64,000 bases of DNA, taken from assembly GCA_036148495.1 (NCBI GenBank), contig JAYYHK010000036.1, forward strand, positions 2,125 through 66,124. Reading direction: 5' to 3'. Both the position numbers and the translations under genes were made by a program. The notes beneath the pieces were generated by a model. It made no database searches. It had not been told where the DNA came from and saw only the letters and a list, made by a program, of their open reading frames with translations. Numbering within the stretch: the stretch's first letter is position 1; the number at the start of each line of letters is the position of its first letter. This document shows positions 1 through 10,222 of this stretch, piece by piece. Source of the DNA: Thermoplasmatota archaeon. Lineage in GTDB: Archaea > Thermoplasmatota > Poseidoniia > MGIII > CG-Epi1.

Positions 1-171
1 GAATCCGTTGGAACAAACTACGAGGGAGCTTCCGGAATCATCAATTTCCTACCTAACGGAGATATTGGTGGTAATGGATACGATTTCTGTACCTACGGTG
101 GAGACGATGCAGCAGGAACATACACTTGCAGCAAGTTCTGGACCGCAGAGAACGGAGTCGAGTCAGCATAG
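1..171 (+). CDS. ABC transporter substrate-binding protein (Leu/Ile/Val-binding family), C-terminal fragment; 5' end lies outside the window
   Basis: Frame-1 translation is open from position 1 to a TAG at 169-171. It reads ...GASGIINFLPNGDIGGNGYDFCTYGGDDAAGTYTCSKFWTAENGVESA*, which resembles the C-termini of LivK-type binding proteins. It lies directly upstream of the permease/ATPase genes. The ORF-track call 8..202 is in a different frame. Confidence 0.5.
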   Translation, partial: ESVGTNYEGASGIINFLPNGDIGGNGYDFCTYGGDDAAGTYTCSKFWTAENGVESA

Positions 172-308
172 AAAAAGTCCAAATTTAATTTGGAAAACGT
201 AAGAGCGCTGCAGCAGGTTCACCGAGCCTGCTGTGGTGTCATACACGTTTCTTAGGGATTTAATTTTTTTAAGTCGGCTTTTGATAGGAATGTGTTATTA
301 GGTTTAAT

Positions 309-3300
309 ATGATAAAAGCTGACTTAATCAATAATTGGAACTCGCTTACTGGGCTAGTTCAAAGACTAATAATAGTATTTTTTCTTTTTTTGGATTCTTA
401 TATTGGTTTGATATATCAAAGAGGATCTCTTAACTTTATTGATTTAATTTTGTTGGGTAGCCTACCTCCTGATTTCGTATGGTTACTTCAAACATTTCAA
501 ATGATATGCATGGGATTTTTACTTGTAAAGATATTATTTGATGATGTGCCACCCTCTAGATTGCGAACTGTCATAATGTGTTTATCTCCGTTTTTATTAG
601 TATTGCACGTTCTTCTATCCCTTCACATTTTAATGCTTGGCCAAGGCTTGGTAGCTAATCTCACATTCAATCTAGGTACAATCGGTATTTCAACACTAAC
701 GTGGTCTTCAACTTACCTTGCTATTGCGGTAGGTTGTACGTTAACTTACAGTGTCCAGAGGTATGGTAATTTTGCCCAAAGCGAGTTTTTCATGTTGGGA
801 ATGTATGTAGGAATTGCATTTATGTGGACAGACTTACTATTTCCAATTAGCGAAGCTCCATCAGATGGAACTTTGGTATGGTCCTTATTTGCATACGTTG
901 TTTTAGGTGCTTTCGTTTTAACAGGTATAGCTGGAGTTATCATAGATCGTTTAGTTTTCAAAGGATTTAGAGATAGTAAATCTTCATCAGATGTAATGAT
1001 GATAGCTTCTTTAGGCGTTGCAATGATTCTTAGATCCTTAATCTATTTGCGTTTTGGGTCTAACACTAAACGTTTTGTTCCAGACAAAGATTGGATGTCA
1101 AGTGAACAACGGTGGGAAATTTCTACGCATACTGCAAAAATAAATCTAGGAAATTTAAATTGGCCAGTTATCGAAGAAAGCACTACTAACTATGCATATA
1201 ATAATGCCTTTTTGCCGATTGTAATTTTCACCAGTGTATTTCTTTTAGTTATACTCCTAAATTATACACGTTTAGGTCGCAGAATGAGAGCTGTTGCAGA
1301 TAATCCAGAGCTAGCGGCTAGTAGCGGAATTAATGTTGAAAGAGTGCAGATGGCAAGTGCATTCTTGTCTGCAGGAATATCTGGTCTAGGTGGGGCGGTT
1401 TTCGGACTTACGGTACTATTCAGTCCACAAACAGCCTTTACCCTTCTCTTACCTGCTTTTGCAGTTATAGTTCTGGGCACCATAGGCTCAGTGCAAGGCG
1501 CAATTGTAGCTTCTCTAATTATTGGGTTTGTAAGGGCTATTTCTGAGCCAGTCTTATCAGGAATAGGAAATCCTTTAGAGAGAACAAATTATTTTGCTCT
1601 CGCAGGGGTTACTCCATATGCAATAATCATAGCAATTTTATTGATTATGCCTGAAGGAATAGGTAAAGCCTATGAAGAATGGAACATAGAAAGGATACGA
1701 AAACGTGCGGCAGTCAGAAGGAAATTGAGTGCAACAAAATCGACAATTTTAGGAGTTCTGTTTGGTTGGGCAGGTGCCCATCACATTTCTCAGGGAAGAA
1801 ATTCCCGCGGTTGCTTAATGCTAGTTCTAACGATAAGTTCGTACATTCTGGGAATGTCCTTGTCTTTCATTCGTGAAAACTCATTTGCTGGCCAGGGTAA
1901 GTTATCGCCTCCTGAAGGCCTTAACTCAAATATGCATGAAACTTGGCTTTCAGTTGTTGAAAGGGAGCAAACACTGATTGAGATATTAGGCCTATTTGGA
2001 GATATATTGTGGCCTTGGGTTCCTATCTTTATTTGGTTATTTGCAATTTATGAATCTTATTTAATATACAATAATCAATACAAAGATTTATTGCAAAACC
2101 CTAAAGCAAGAGTTATGGATTTTATTGACAAATATACTGTACTTTTATCAGAACGATTTAAGTCCTCTAAAGACAGATTTCAATTTGCGCCAAGTGAGTC
2201 TAAGTATACGGATTATGTTAATGAATATCTTCATAGTATTAATTCATTTGTTGGGGGAAAGTTTAGCCAATTATCTTCTACATTTTACGAAAAAGTCGGT
2301 GCGGAGTACGGTAAGGAATCAGAGAAAGGATCAAATGCTTTATTTTTAGTATTTCTCCTGATATTAATTTTAGTTGTCAGCTGGCTTCCGTCAGTGAATG
2401 ATTTTACAAAATTACTCCAGGTCTCAAATTTTCTAATTACGCTTTCTATTTTTTTACTTTTAGCTTTCTCCTTGAACATTCACACAGGAATGACTGGTCT
2501 AGTTAATTTTGGAGTTATTTTCTTTGTAGCTATTGGAGCAATAATTGTTGGAGTTTTAACTGCATCAAGTGATGTATTTGGTTACGATTGGCCTATATTT
2601 CCGGCTTTAATTGTCGCAGTAATTGTAGGCGGCTTTTTCGGATGGTTGTTAGCCTATCCTACAGCTAGATTAAGAACAGATTACTTTGCAATTATTACCA
2701 TTTCATTGGGTGAAATATTAAGGATATTGCTAATGGGAGAGCCTCTTCTTCGTGTTGGAGGTAATGCTTCAGCCATTGGAATTCAGTCTTATCCTCTGCC
2801 CTTACAGGAGTGGTGGTTTTGTGGTTCAGAAACGCCAGTTTCCTCAACTGGAACTAAATACTCACCGTTAGCTTGTTCAGCAGATCCTGAAATAGACAGT
2901 ATGGCACGTAAAGTAGCCGAACTTCTAGAAGTGACTGGTATTGATCTAGAAGGCAAAGCCGCGCCTTACATGCTACTTTTATCAATAATGGGAATATTTA
3001 CTGCACTGGTCGTTTGGAAAGTGTTGGATATTTTATTCAAATCACCTTGGGGTAGAATTTTGCGCTCCATAAGGGAAGATGAAGAAGTTGCTCAACATCA
3101 CGGACATGATATTTTCACTCACAAAGCTAGAAGTCTTGCATTAGGAGGAGCAATTGCAGCCTTAGCTGGGGCCTTTTGGGCATGGAAGCTAACAGGTTTT
3201 CAGCCTAGTTTCATGTCTCCTGCTAAATCCACATTTTTGGTTTGGGCCGCTTTCATTATAGGAGGTGCAGGTAATAACAAAGGAATGTTAATAGGAGCCA

Positions 3301-3731
3301 TGATTATAACTCTCACAGAGTTCCTCTTTAATGTTTTAGTGGCAGCTCAAGGTAGTTCAACACTTCCTCTGGCAGATACTTCCTCATTTATTGATGAAAA
3401 GTTTGTTTGGATGGTAACGTCTCCATTAGAAGTTGGCTCCATATTGTTCATAATCTCAGTTGCATTATTGTTTTTGAGGAAATATGAATTTTCTGAAGTA
3501 TTCTTTTGGTTTTCTCTTATTTTCATTGTATGTCACCTTGTCTTTGATGACCGTTCAATTGACTTGGTATTTCCCGAAGCACTAGGAGGAATTAAAGCCC
3601 AGATGACTTACATCAAATTGATGCTAATTGGATTGCTGATTATGCTATCGTTAAAGTATAATCCAAAGGGTTTACTTCCTGAAGTTCCATATCGTCCCGA
3701 GCGTCCAAAGGAGGCCGTGAAAGATGAGTAA
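309..3731 (+). CDS. Fused branched-chain amino-acid ABC transporter permease (LivH-like + LivM-like) with an internal TM2-domain-like insertion
   Basis: The LivH signature RLGRRMRAVADNPELAASSGINV sits at about aa 322. The LivM-like core starts LNIHTGMTGLVNFG...YFAIITISLGEILRI at about aa 715. Between them, around aa 470-520, lies ILGVLFGWAGAHHISQGRNSRGCLMLVLT, which resembles a TM2 domain. The single 1,140-aa ORF is multi-pass hydrophobic and is followed by two Liv-type ATPase genes. Confidence 0.8.
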   Translation: MIKADLINNWNSLTGLVQRLIIVFFLFLDSYIGLIYQRGSLNFIDLILLGSLPPDFVWLLQTFQMICMGFLLVKILFDDVPPSRLRTVIMCLSPFLLVLHVLLSLHILMLGQGLVANLTFNLGTIGISTLTWSSTYLAIAVGCTLTYSVQRYGNFAQSEFFMLGMYVGIAFMWTDLLFPISEAPSDGTLVWSLFAYVVLGAFVLTGIAGVIIDRLVFKGFRDSKSSSDVMMIASLGVAMILRSLIYLRFGSNTKRFVPDKDWMSSEQRWEISTHTAKINLGNLNWPVIEESTTNYAYNNAFLPIVIFTSVFLLVILLNYTRLGRRMRAVADNPELAASSGINVERVQMASAFLSAGISGLGGAVFGLTVLFSPQTAFTLLLPAFAVIVLGTIGSVQGAIVASLIIGFVRAISEPVLSGIGNPLERTNYFALAGVTPYAIIIAILLIMPEGIGKAYEEWNIERIRKRAAVRRKLSATKSTILGVLFGWAGAHHISQGRNSRGCLMLVLTISSYILGMSLSFIRENSFAGQGKLSPPEGLNSNMHETWLSVVEREQTLIEILGLFGDILWPWVPIFIWLFAIYESYLIYNNQYKDLLQNPKARVMDFIDKYTVLLSERFKSSKDRFQFAPSESKYTDYVNEYLHSINSFVGGKFSQLSSTFYEKVGAEYGKESEKGSNALFLVFLLILILVVSWLPSVNDFTKLLQVSNFLITLSIFLLLAFSLNIHTGMTGLVNFGVIFFVAIGAIIVGVLTASSDVFGYDWPIFPALIVAVIVGGFFGWLLAYPTARLRTDYFAIITISLGEILRILLMGEPLLRVGGNASAIGIQSYPLPLQEWWFCGSETPVSSTGTKYSPLACSADPEIDSMARKVAELLEVTGIDLEGKAAPYMLLLSIMGIFTALVVWKVLDILFKSPWGRILRSIREDEEVAQHHGHDIFTHKARSLALGGAIAALAGAFWAWKLTGFQPSFMSPAKSTFLVWAAFIIGGAGNNKGMLIGAMIITLTEFLFNVLVAAQGSSTLPLADTSSFIDEKFVWMVTSPLEVGSILFIISVALLFLRKYEFSEVFFWFSLIFIVCHLVFDDRSIDLVFPEALGGIKAQMTYIKLMLIGLLIMLSLKYNPKGLLPEVPYRPERPKEAVKDE

Positions 3732-4527
3732 TGTTCTAAAAGTAGATAAGATACGTAAAGAATTTGGAGGTCTTGTCGCAGTTAAAGACGTATCATTTGA
3801 GGTTAATGAAGGTGAATTTATAGGATTAATTGGTCCAAATGGTTGTGGTAAATCTACAACTTTCAATTGTATTAGCGGTTCCCTAGAACAAACTTCAGGA
3901 AAAGTTAATTTCTTTGGTAAAGATATTTCAAATTTAAGACCAGACGAAATCCAAAAAATAGGTATGACTCGAACTTTTCAACATACGAGATTATGGCGTG
4001 AAATGACTGTAATTGAAAATTTATTAGTTCCTCCTAGAGATCAATTTAAGCCAAGTATTTGGAAATCAATTTGGGAAGGCAGAGAGAACGAAAATGAAGT
4101 TAATCGCTTATCGAGAGCATATGAAGTGCTTGAGCAATTAGAAATTCCTCATATGGCTAACAACCTTGCAAGCGAACTGTCTGGAGGCCAGAGTAAACTC
4201 GTTGATATTGGGAGATCAATGATGGGAGAACCTAAGTTACTTCTACTTGATGAACCTGTTGCAGGAGTTGCAGGTCCACTTGCCATGAAAATATTTTCTA
4301 ACTTAAGGAAATTAGTTGATGATACCGGAATTTCAATTTTAATTATTGAGCATAATATGGACTTTGTCTTGAGACAGGGAGTAGATAGAATTGTAGTAAT
4401 GAATGAGGGTGAAGTTCTCATGGTAGGATCTCCTGATGAAGTTAAAGGAAGTAATGAAGTTATAGCTGCATATCTGGGTTCCTCTGAAGATTGGGAATGG
4501 GAAAAATTGGCACAGGAGGGAGACTAA
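3724..4527 (+). CDS. livG: Branched-chain amino-acid ABC transporter ATP-binding protein (LivG-like)
   Basis: Walker A GPNGCGKST, ABC signature LSGGQ and Walker B LLLLDEP are present. The start overlaps the end of the permease by 8 nt. Confidence 0.9.
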   Translation: MSNVLKVDKIRKEFGGLVAVKDVSFEVNEGEFIGLIGPNGCGKSTTFNCISGSLEQTSGKVNFFGKDISNLRPDEIQKIGMTRTFQHTRLWREMTVIENLLVPPRDQFKPSIWKSIWEGRENENEVNRLSRAYEVLEQLEIPHMANNLASELSGGQSKLVDIGRSMMGEPKLLLLDEPVAGVAGPLAMKIFSNLRKLVDDTGISILIIEHNMDFVLRQGVDRIVVMNEGEVLMVGSPDEVKGSNEVIAAYLGSSEDWEWEKLAQEGD

Positions 4528-5246
4528 TGGCAAGATGGCTTGATGTTAAAAATATTGAAGGTGGTTACGGTTCCGTCAAAATTATTCACGGAATCGATAT
4601 GCATGTTGATGAAGGTGAATTTGTGACAATTATTGGTCCTAACGGCTGTGTAAAATCGACTCTAATCAAGATAATTTTTGGAATAGCAACTCATTATGGA
4701 GGAGTTGTTATGCATAAAGGAGATAATGTTTCTGGTTGGAGAACAGATAAATTAGCATCTAGGGGGATAGCTTATGTTCCCCAGGTGGATAACGTATTTC
4801 CTTCACTATCAGTTGAAGAAAATCTACAAATGGGTGGAAATTCTCTCCCAAACAGCCTTTTGAATGAAAGGATAGGGCATGCTTTGGAAATGTTTCCAGA
4901 TTTGAAGAACCGAACTCACGATTTGGCCGCATCTCTGTCAGGTGGAGAAAGACAGATGTTAGCAATAGGAAGAGCATTGATTAATCAGCCGGATTTTTTA
5001 TTGTTAGATGAGCCTACTGCAGCGTTAAGTCCTCTTTATCAGCAACAAATTATAGAGAGAATTGATGCACTTAGGGAAGTTGGTATTACCGTTTTGATCG
5101 TAGAACAAAACGCAAGACTATCCTTAGCTAGATCTGATAGAGGATATATCTTGTCTAACGGTAAGGTTGTCCATACAGGAAATGCTGAGGACATACTAAA
5201 TGACCCTCACATTAATGAATATTTTTTAGGTACTAAAGGGGATTAG
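4527..5246 (+). CDS. livF: Branched-chain amino-acid ABC transporter ATP-binding protein (LivF-like)
   Basis: Walker A GPNGCVKST, signature LSGGERQ and Walker B LLLDEP are present. The ATG at 4527 overlaps the livG stop (TAATG). The ORF-track start at 4491 probably gives an N-terminal over-extension. Confidence 0.9.
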   Translation: MARWLDVKNIEGGYGSVKIIHGIDMHVDEGEFVTIIGPNGCVKSTLIKIIFGIATHYGGVVMHKGDNVSGWRTDKLASRGIAYVPQVDNVFPSLSVEENLQMGGNSLPNSLLNERIGHALEMFPDLKNRTHDLAASLSGGERQMLAIGRALINQPDFLLLDEPTAALSPLYQQQIIERIDALREVGITVLIVEQNARLSLARSDRGYILSNGKVVHTGNAEDILNDPHINEYFLGTKGD

Positions 5247-5250
5247 TTTC

Positions 5251-6186
5251 TTGGGTACTCAAAGAGCTTCCTACAATTCTAGATTAATTTATATTTTAAT
5301 GTTTTTTGTAGCTTTTTTCTGGGGTTTAGCTTGGCCCGTCGGAAGAATTCTTGCAACAGACTTGTTGAACTATCCATTCTCAGTGATGTTTTTAAGGTAC
5401 ATATTTGCAGTTCCAGTTTTATTCGGCTGGCTTTGGTTTAAGGAGGGAAATGTCATTCCTTTGAAAAGAGATTACAGCTATTTGCTGTTGTTGGCTTTTA
5501 CTTCTGTTTTTCTTTATCAGGTTGGTTACATGTATGGAATGCAAAAGACAGCAGCATCAGATGCTTCTTTGATTATAGGATTTAATCCTGTGTCGGTTTC
5601 AATATTATCTGTTTTTATTTTATCGCACAATTTGACCCGAAATGGAGTCTTAGGTATTCTTCTTAGTTTCATTGGAGTATTATTGATATTTTTAGCATCA
5701 CCTAACCTAGATATCGACTTTTATGACCGGATAGTTGGTAATGCATACATAATGCTCGGGGCTTTTGCATATGCTATTTACGTAGTATCTATGCGTAGAT
5801 ATGTTTTACTTACCCAGCATAAACCTTTGAGTTCTCTTGCTACAATTTCATGGGCGTCTTTAGTTGGGTGCATTCTTTTTGTCCCCTTTGTAATTTTAGA
5901 AGCTCCATGGGAACGTATTTGGAATAATCAAGAGTGGTTACTAATTGCTTATCTCGGAGTATTGTCTACAGCTCTGTGTTATGTCTTTTTTGCAATGGGG
6001 ATTGAAACTATCGGGGCAAATAAGGCAGCTAGTTTCATAAACGTTGTACCTATATTTGGAATATTGTCAAGTTGGATATGGATTGGAGAGAATCTGGGAT
6101 TTGTGCAGATTATTAGTTTTATTTTAATTTACTATGGAGTAAAATTAGTTAATCAACAGCCAGCAGAAGAATTGCGAAAAGAATAA
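5251..6186 (+). CDS. EamA/DMT-family transporter (about 10 TM)
   Basis: An all-hydrophobic 311-aa protein with two EamA-like halves. It uses a TTG start at 5251. Confidence 0.75.
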   Translation: MGTQRASYNSRLIYILMFFVAFFWGLAWPVGRILATDLLNYPFSVMFLRYIFAVPVLFGWLWFKEGNVIPLKRDYSYLLLLAFTSVFLYQVGYMYGMQKTAASDASLIIGFNPVSVSILSVFILSHNLTRNGVLGILLSFIGVLLIFLASPNLDIDFYDRIVGNAYIMLGAFAYAIYVVSMRRYVLLTQHKPLSSLATISWASLVGCILFVPFVILEAPWERIWNNQEWLLIAYLGVLSTALCYVFFAMGIETIGANKAASFINVVPIFGILSSWIWIGENLGFVQIISFILIYYGVKLVNQQPAEELRKE

Positions 6187-6222
6187 TTTAGCCTAGGCTA
6201 AACTTTTTATTGACATAGTCTA

Positions 6223-6888
6223 ATGGACTGCATGGATTCTGTAGCTGTAGAAAATTATCTAAAGTCATTGTGGCAACTTGGGTCGGCTGACGTATCAACT
6301 TTAGATTTAGCGAATCATTTGAGCGTAGCACCAGCTTCAGCAACAAAGATGGTTAAACGACTAACGAAAAAGGGTCTTGTCAATCATACTCCATACAAGG
6401 GCGCTTCACTAACGCCAGAGGGAGAAGCTAGGGCATTATCTGTAGTCAGAAGACATCGCCTTCTTGAGACTTTTTTGTCTCAGACTCTGGATTTAGGCAG
6501 CGAGCAACTTCACGATGAAGCAGAACGTTTAGAGCACGCTTTATCTGATGATCTTGAAAAATCGATAGCAGAATATCTTGGAAATCCTACTAGAGATCCT
6601 CACGGACATCCAATACCAGGTCCAAATGGGGAATTACCTTCAGATAATGATTTAACGTTAATCAAAGCTCCTCACGGTGTTAATTTGAAAATCACCCAAG
6701 TTCCGGATAGGAATTCTGAAATGCTAACTTGGCTTAAAAAAGAAAATATTCTTCCAGGTAGAGAAATTAGTATAATATCTGAAGATAAATTTGGTGACTG
6801 CGTTTCAATAATATTAAATAAATCTGAAAAACGTGTATCACTTTCAGTTGCTAGTCAAATTTTTGTTTCAATGGAGGAAAGAGATTGA
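6223..6888 (+). CDS. Metal-dependent transcriptional regulator, DtxR/MntR/IdeR family, with a C-terminal FeoA/SH3-like domain
   Basis: The N-terminal wHTH SVAVENYLKSLWQL...LANHLSVAPASATKMVKRLTKKGLV and the dimerisation helix RHRLLETFL match DtxR. Metal-site His/Glu residues are present. The C-terminal roughly 70 aa resemble FeoA. Confidence 0.85.
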   Translation: MDCMDSVAVENYLKSLWQLGSADVSTLDLANHLSVAPASATKMVKRLTKKGLVNHTPYKGASLTPEGEARALSVVRRHRLLETFLSQTLDLGSEQLHDEAERLEHALSDDLEKSIAEYLGNPTRDPHGHPIPGPNGELPSDNDLTLIKAPHGVNLKITQVPDRNSEMLTWLKKENILPGREISIISEDKFGDCVSIILNKSEKRVSLSVASQIFVSMEERD

Positions 6889-8018
6889 ATAGAAAAATTA
6901 TCAACAAAGATCTTTCAAAAATTTCCTTTGAAGCTTTTTTAGATTTGTGGAAGATCAGACACCGTCGTATTGGTGTCTTGATTATTATTCTATTTTATGC
7001 ATTTTTTCCAGGTGAATTAGGAGAAGTTACACGTTTGTCATTATTCGACGCTTATATACAAGTTACAGTTTTTGTTGCAGCGACATTATTACTATTTTTT
7101 AGCCTTGAACATTTTTTTAAAATGGATGTTGGTATTTTATTGAAAAGAGGAGAAAATTGGCAAGTACCTATGGCTAGTTTTCTAGGAGCACTTCCAGGCT
7201 GTGGAGGTGCGGTTGTAGTTATTACTGCATTTGCAAGGGGGAATATTCGTTTAGGCGCTATGGTTGCAGCGCTAATTGCTACGATGGGTGATGCAGCTTT
7301 TTTACTTTTAGCTAAAGAACCTATTACTTATCTGAAGTTGATGGGAATTTCTATCTTTGCAGCAATAATCAGTGGATGGCTTGTGGATAGATTTCATCAA
7401 GGCGAGCTTTACAGTTCAGAAGTCAATAAATTAGATTGTAAAAGTATAGGAAATCTTAGGGATAGGGATAAATTGTTCATAGGCTTTGCAGCACCAGGAT
7501 TAATACTGGGAATTATTCAACTTGCTCAAATTAACGTGGCCGATTTTGGATTATTGGTTGTTTCTTTAGGTCTTTTAGGAGCATTTCTTTCAATTGTCAT
7601 TTGGGCAGTTTCACCAATAAATGCAGTATCTTCAAATGAGGATCACCCATTCACCAGGTCTACGGAGGAAGCTTCTTTTGTAACTGTTTGGGTAATTGCA
7701 GGTTTTCTGGCCTATGAGTATGCATATTCTTTTTTTGGATTAGATTTGGAGGTTCTCGCCGATGCTGCGTGGTTATTTTTACCTCTCATTGTAGTTCTCG
7801 TTGGTTTTATACCTGGATGCGGTCCCCAAGTCTTAGTTACTACGTTATACCTTAATGGCATAATTCCATTTGCAGCACTAATAGGAAATGCAATTTCTAA
7901 CGACGGTGATGCATTGTTTCCTGCAATTGCATTAACGCCTAGGATGGCAATTATAGCAACACTTTACAGTGCCATACCAGCTTTAATTATTTCGTATTTT
8001 TTCTTATTTATAGGTTAA
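6885..8018 (+). CDS. Two-repeat polytopic membrane protein with duplicated PGCG motifs; candidate metal-ion permease controlled by the upstream DtxR regulator
   Basis: GALPGCGGAVVV and FIPGCGPQVLV occupy equivalent positions in the two halves. A TTG start is preceded by GGAGG. The protein is strongly hydrophobic. The functional call is an inference from context. Confidence 0.5.
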   Translation: MNRKIINKDLSKISFEAFLDLWKIRHRRIGVLIIILFYAFFPGELGEVTRLSLFDAYIQVTVFVAATLLLFFSLEHFFKMDVGILLKRGENWQVPMASFLGALPGCGGAVVVITAFARGNIRLGAMVAALIATMGDAAFLLLAKEPITYLKLMGISIFAAIISGWLVDRFHQGELYSSEVNKLDCKSIGNLRDRDKLFIGFAAPGLILGIIQLAQINVADFGLLVVSLGLLGAFLSIVIWAVSPINAVSSNEDHPFTRSTEEASFVTVWVIAGFLAYEYAYSFFGLDLEVLADAAWLFLPLIVVLVGFIPGCGPQVLVTTLYLNGIIPFAALIGNAISNDGDALFPAIALTPRMAIIATLYSAIPALIISYFFLFIG

Positions 8019-8029
8019 TCGTTACTAAA

Positions 8030-8485
8030 TTAGTGTCTAATGTTATGCTTTTCAAAGTATTTCTGATGGTATTCCTCAGCCTTCCAAAAAGTATCAGCTT
8101 TAGTTATTTCAGTAACAATTTTCTTGTTTAGTTTCTTTTGAAATTCATTAAGCGATTTTTGAGCTAGCTCTTTTTGCTCTTCATCGTAATAAAATATTGC
8201 AGATCTGTATTGATTACCAATGTCTGGCCCCTGTCTGTTTAACGTGGTTGGGTCATGTTTTTTCCAAAATGATTCAAGTAAGTCTTCGTAACTTATTACA
8301 GTTTCATCGTAATTAATCATGACGACCTCGGCGTGTTCTGTTGAATTACTACACACTTGCTCATATGTGGGATTTGAAGTTTTACCTCCACTATATCCAG
8401 ACACAACCTCACTTACACCTTCTAATTTAGAAAAGTTGTATTCAACACCCCAAAAACATCCAGCTCCAAACATTGCTTTTTTCAT
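8030..8485 (-). CDS. msrA: Peptide methionine sulfoxide reductase MsrA
   Basis: The GCFWG active-site motif lies near the N-terminus, and the length (151 aa) fits MsrA. Confidence 0.9.
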   Translation of the reverse strand: MKKAMFGAGCFWGVEYNFSKLEGVSEVVSGYSGGKTSNPTYEQVCSNSTEHAEVVMINYDETVISYEDLLESFWKKHDPTTLNRQGPDIGNQYRSAIFYYDEEQKELAQKSLNEFQKKLNKKIVTEITKADTFWKAEEYHQKYFEKHNIRH

Positions 8486-9690
8486 TATTTTACCCTTGAA
8501 GCAATCCAGTCCTTGAAAAGCTTCATTCCTTCTTCCAAATCCTCTATGTTAATTCCTGAAAAGGCTAGTCTTATGTACGAATCAGCTTCATTGTTTAGTG
8601 GACGTCCAAAATGGTGTCTTCCACAGAAGCTTACTCCTGTGTCCTTAAGAATAATTTTTCTAAACTCTTCTACGCTGTCGAATCCTGTATTCTTTAATAA
8701 ATCTGTTATTTTTGGGAATACATAAAATCCAGCTTCAGGCATATGGGTTTCTATTCCTTCAATATCATCCAGGATATTTACAAGTAAGTCGCGTCTTTTC
8801 TTTAAGGCATCTAGAATATCCTGCGTTTCTTTTTTTGGGGCTTTTAATCCAGCTAAACCTGCATATTGAACAAAGTGTGTTGTACATGATTCCATGTTAA
8901 CATTCAATCTATTTATCTGTTCAATTATTTCCTTTGGGCCAATAGAAGCTCCAAGCCTCCACCCAGTCATTGCAAATTTTTTTGAAAAGGTATACATTGT
9001 TAACGTTCTTTCATACATCCCAGGAAAGCTTGCTATCGATCTAGGTTCTCCCTCATAAAGCGTATCGAAGTAAGCATCATCTGAAATTAAAAACATATCA
9101 TTTTCAATAACAAGCTTTGCTAATCTCTCTATTTCATCATCAGATGAAGATGCTCCTGTTGGGTTGTTGTAATTATTGTAAAAGATGTGCTTTGCTCCAT
9201 TGCCAATTCCACTTTCAATTGCGTTAAAGTCAAGCTTCAAGCCCTCAGAAGTATTTACGTATCCATATGGTATCGCAATTCCTTTGTAAAATTCTATCTG
9301 AGATTCATATATTGGATATCCTGGGTTAGGATAAAGAACAGAGTCTCCTTTTTCCATTGTCGCAGCAATATATTTTCCGATGCTAGGTTTCCCACCAGGT
9401 TGTATTGAAACATTGTCCATATCATATTTAATTCCTCTAGCTTCCCCAACATCTACAGCTAAGGCTTCTCTTAATTCAGGAATTCCGGGTGCTGGACAAT
9501 ATCCTGTTTTACCTTGATTTATGGCTTCACTAACAGCATTACAGATTGTCTTTGGTGTGGGTAAATTGATGTCGCCTAAATGGAAAGGATATATTTTTTT
9601 GCCAGTAGCGGCCAATTCGGCAGCTTCTGCGGAAACAGCAAATGCTGTTTCACTTCCCAAAAGACTCATTCTGTTAGCAATTTTCATCAT
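8485..9690 (-). CDS. Class I/II PLP-dependent aminotransferase (aspartate/aromatic aminotransferase family)
   Basis: NPTGA motif, PLP-lysine context SKKFAMTGWRLG, and a 401-aa length. Confidence 0.9.
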   Translation of the reverse strand: MMKIANRMSLLGSETAFAVSAEAAELAATGKKIYPFHLGDINLPTPKTICNAVSEAINQGKTGYCPAPGIPELREALAVDVGEARGIKYDMDNVSIQPGGKPSIGKYIAATMEKGDSVLYPNPGYPIYESQIEFYKGIAIPYGYVNTSEGLKLDFNAIESGIGNGAKHIFYNNYNNPTGASSSDDEIERLAKLVIENDMFLISDDAYFDTLYEGEPRSIASFPGMYERTLTMYTFSKKFAMTGWRLGASIGPKEIIEQINRLNVNMESCTTHFVQYAGLAGLKAPKKETQDILDALKKRRDLLVNILDDIEGIETHMPEAGFYVFPKITDLLKNTGFDSVEEFRKIILKDTGVSFCGRHHFGRPLNNEADSYIRLAFSGINIEDLEEGMKLFKDWIASRVK

Positions 9691-9757
9691 ACTTTGAATA
9701 AAACTAGGGTTTTATTGTTTGCGTAATCTTTATACGGATACATTAATAGATTGAATT

Positions 9758-10156
9758 ATGGTAAGCGAATGGCGTAAAAATCTTGATAAATTTTTGCAAG
9801 AACATATGCTCGCAGTTAGCTTAGTGTTTGCAATAATTAGTGGATTCATGACTTACGTAGGAATGATGGGTGAATTTTATTCAACTTCCTCATTATCTCC
9901 TGACATGATACTAGATGTCATCGGAGATTACGATATTTTCGTATTCATTTTTGGCTTGATTATTTTTGGTTTTTCAGCCTATTATCTTTGGTTAACTAAG
10001 CACTACATGGATAGATTTGAAGAGATAATATCTACAAGCTCTAAAAAAGAGTTCCAAAGGAATTGGACTGAAATAGAGCAGATAGCACGGTATCAACTTC
10101 CTAAAGAGTACAGAAAAAGAGTAGCAGAGGCACGCAAGAAGTTTGGTTTGAAGTAA
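9758..10156 (+). CDS. Hypothetical small membrane protein (2 TM)
   Basis: A 132-aa ORF with two hydrophobic helices, immediately upstream of grpE. Confidence 0.45.
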   Translation: MVSEWRKNLDKFLQEHMLAVSLVFAIISGFMTYVGMMGEFYSTSSLSPDMILDVIGDYDIFVFIFGLIIFGFSAYYLWLTKHYMDRFEEIISTSSKKEFQRNWTEIEQIARYQLPKEYRKRVAEARKKFGLK

Positions 10157-10222
10157 TTGAGAAATTTTATATAGAAGACTTTTTACTCTAATTAGAGGTT
10201 AACAACCTTAGGTTCATTACTG

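Noticed and set aside
8-202. ORF-track 64-aa ORF at the window start
   Set aside because: The frame-1 reading (1..171) continues a substrate-binding-protein C-terminus that fits the downstream Liv operon. The frame-2 ORF has no homology signal.
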